A stretch of 64,000 nucleotides of DNA from Cladosporium halotolerans (taxonomy: Eukaryota): positions 248,001 through 312,000 of the forward strand of contig NW_027191460.1 of NCBI RefSeq assembly GCF_011745625.1, written 5' to 3'. The notes beneath the pieces were generated by a model. That model made no database searches. It was not told the origin of the DNA and saw only the letters and a program-made list of their open reading frames with translations. Position numbers and translations under genes: made by a program. The stretch's first letter is position 1, and every line of letters starts with the position of its first letter. Shown piece after piece: positions 61,501-64,000 of the stretch.

Positions 61501-62372
61501 CCAAAGAGCAGGAGAAGCAGGCTAAAGAGACGGAGAAGCAGGCAAAGCACGATGCTGACGAGGCCGCTAAGGCGAAGAAGAAGGAGGCCGAGAAGGCCGA
61601 GAAAGAGAGGCAGAAGGAGCACGAGAAGATGGAGAAGGAGAGGCAGAAGGAGCACGAGAAGATGGAGAAGGAGAGGCAGAAGGAGGCCGAGAAGCAGGCT
61701 AAGCACGATGCCAAGGAGCAGGAGAAGTTGGAGAAGGAGAGGTCGAAGGAGGCGGAGAAGCAGGCTAAGCACGATGCCAAGGAGCAGGAGAAGTTGGAGA
61801 AGGAGAGGTCGAGGGAAGAGGAGAAGGCGGAGAAAGAGCGCGCGAAGCTGGCGGAGAAGCAGGAGAAGGAGAAGGAGAAGGAGGACGAGAGGCTCGCTGC
61901 CGCCCGCGAGGAGGAGGCGGCCAAGAAGCACCACGAGCACAACAAGCTGCACAAGGACCCGCCGGAGGAGCGCGAGAAGAAGGGCGGGTTTATCCACCGC
62001 ATCTTCCACCACAAGGCGTATGACCGGGAGGGTTCGGAGGGTGCGAGGGGCAGTGGCAGCTTTGAGGAGGGCGAGCGGCCTAGGAGTCTGGAGACGCAGA
62101 ATGTCGATGATGCGAACCATGCTAGGACTGCGCAGGCGCTGGAGGGTGAGCGCTCCGACGGGGCTGGTGTTGGGCAAGGGGCCTATGGTCAGCAGGCCTA
62201 CGGCCAGCAGGGCTACGGTCAGACCGCTGATGGCCAGGGGCTTGCTGGCGGGCGCGATGATGGCATCGTCACCGAGAAGACGACTGGCTTGCCAATGAAC
62301 GTTGGACAGTATGGCAGTGGTGCTGGAGGTACTGATGGTGGACAGCACATTCACGGCTACGAGACGAAGTGA
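58581..62372 (+). CDS. Large hydrophilin with DPR dehydrin-like motifs, HHYGRDAALAGG repeats and an E/K coiled coil
   Basis: Exons 58581-58603, 58668-58699, 58758-59043 and 59102-62372 sum to 3612 nt (1203 aa). Motifs LNKLDPRVDS, GPHSSNAANIVDPRV and LNKLDPKVQSD. Confidence 0.85.
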
Positions 62373-62810
62373 AGCCTGGGTTGAGAATGGCTGATTGGTT
62401 TGTTTGGATTGGCGGGTTTTCTGGGTTTGGCGTTTCTCCTTAGCTGTTACGAGTCAATATTGTAGTCACGAATGTCATGATCAGTTGAATTCATCAAGTG
62501 GCTTCTTTGCTTCGAACATTTCGTGTCATTTTTGGGATATGTGAGGATCTGGCAACGTCTGGCTTTGCTGATAGTATCAGCAATTCTCAAGTCGCCAGAC
62601 ATCGTGATTAGAGGGTGCCGTGGATTGCACGAGAGTTCCCTCTACACGCTGCCAACCACTGTTGCGATTGCAGCAAATTGCGGCGGGGTGGCCTTTTCAT
62701 CTGAGATGACCAGTCCCTCGCGGCGTGCGATTTCTCGAAGCAACTCCGGCATTTTTGAGCGCCATTTAGAGTCATTTCAAAGAGTCATGATCGTGGGAAC
62801 TGCATCCAAA

Positions 62811-63329
62811 TTACTCTTCGTCCTCTGCTTGCACGAAAGGGTTCTCGATCTCTTCGCTGCCGTCGACAGGAGAGATGAGGACGAGCAGGGTGCCGCGGGC
62901 GACGAGCAGGCCGAGGGAGCGGGTGGAGGTGTTTCCGTCTTCATCTGGGAGGGTTGTTAGCTACGAGTATTTACTGGCGTGGGAATGCTTCCGAACATAC
63001 CACGGGTGACCTCGTTGACGTTGTCGAGAACCAGGTTCATAAGCTGATCGTAGCCTTTGAGCGTGCCGGTGACTGTTTGATTCGTGGGTTAGCTTACTTC
63101 GTCCATGATCCTGAAGACATCACAAAAACGCACCTTCTCTGCCACCGTTGAACTTCACCGTCACGGCCTTGTCCATGTACTTGTTCAGATCAAGGATGTT
63201 CTCCTTCTTGCGCTCGCCACCAGCATTGCCAGCAGCGCCGCCGCCTCGCCCGCCCCGGTCGCCTCCACCACCTCCACGACCACGGCCTCCGCCACGTCCA
63301 CCGCCCCGGAAGTTGCCTCGCTCTGACAT
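62811..63329 (-). CDS. LSM7: U6 snRNA-associated Sm-like protein Lsm7
   Basis: Exons 63329-63134, 63072-63001 and 62944-62811 (133 aa). RGG N-terminus, KKENILDLNKYMDK, KFNGGREVTGTLKGYDQLMNLVLD, RSLGLLVARGT, SPVDGSEEIENPF. Confidence 0.96.
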
Positions 63330-64000
63330 TGGCGTAGTGATTTGAAGGTTGTTGCTTGGCGGTGTGCCGGGATGTAGGCTACCTATCTACTGCGTTGCTT
63401 GATTGAATTTGAGAAGCACGTGACGTGATACAGGCCTGAGGTGGCTCGTGGCCTGAGGTGGCCGGCGGACGGAGGTGTGTCAGCCTGAGGCGGCTCGCGC
63501 GCACAGACCAGCGCGCCCAAAGACAGCCACCTCACCTTTCGTCCAAAAGTTTGCAGGCTTTGGTAGACCACGACGTGTCCGAGTATAGTCAATATCTTAG
63601 ACACTCCGGGTGAAAATTCGGCATTAATAGTCTAGATGAGCAGGTAGTACGTCTTACGTCCTTATTTAAACGGAGAAAGGATACATTCAGAGATATCACC
63701 ACTATCACAGGACCTCTCAGACCTCAAACTTTCGGATGAACGATGGAGGGCGGCGCTCCGCCAACGCACGACACGCCTCCACCCGCCAGTGCCGCCAACC
63801 CTCTCGCCGCCCTCCCTCGCACCTCCGAACCCGAAGCCGGCTGCCCGATTCGAGCACACCTCAGCGCCGCCGCCCAAGTGCCCCGCCCACGCCGCGCCGC
63901 TACGAAGCCGGGGCCGGTGGGCGAGCGAGTCTGCGACCTGGAAGCCTGAGGAGAGTGCGCGGCCGCGTCTTTGGCTGACTTGAGGCATGTCACCGGCTGC

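Noticed and set aside
60894..62354. 486-aa Leu-rich minus-strand ORF
   Set aside because: Reverse complement of GAG/AAG-rich coiled-coil codons.
1..64000. Stop-codon readthrough (TGA-CTA) creating cryptic peroxisomal signals; tRNA, snRNA, rRNA and CRISPR features
   Set aside because: None of the stop codons I checked has the readthrough context, and I recognised no such RNA genes or spacer arrays by eye. Infernal and tRNAscan were not run.

Overview
Eukaryotic, GC-rich, intron-containing DNA from a filamentous ascomycete. Short GT-AG introns with CTRAC branch points and Pezizomycotina-type genes suggest Dothideomycetes, but that assignment is an inference. I can support about 22 protein-coding genes, most modelled by hand with frame-consistent splice sites. 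Named or family-level calls: a formin (SepA/Bni1 type, runs off the left edge), Hus1, an F-box/LRR-like protein, an F-box-like protein, a Bni4-like PP1 adaptor, adenosine kinase, a Q/Y-rich RfeF-like protein, PIG-A/Spt14, Dbp6, Rcm1, a nitrilase, a CBM1-GH5 endoglucanase, RBM39/Rsd1, a two-finger C2H2 transcription factor, a very large DPR dehydrin-like protein and Lsm7. The rest are hypotheticals. I saw no tRNA, rRNA, CRISPR array or intact transposon. The most notable observations are: (1) the C2H2 factor has BrlA/Msn2-like fingers and a hidden multi-intron leader with two coding micro-exons and a uORF, recalling the brlA-beta architecture; (2) an island of three Cys-rich orphan genes (ZZ, PHD+ZZ, CxxC) at 39.2-43.9 kb; (3) a ~100-nt hairpin between DBP6 and RCM1; (4) long ORF-poor regions whose strand composition hints at non-coding transcripts. 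No database searches were run, so all family calls come from motif recognition.
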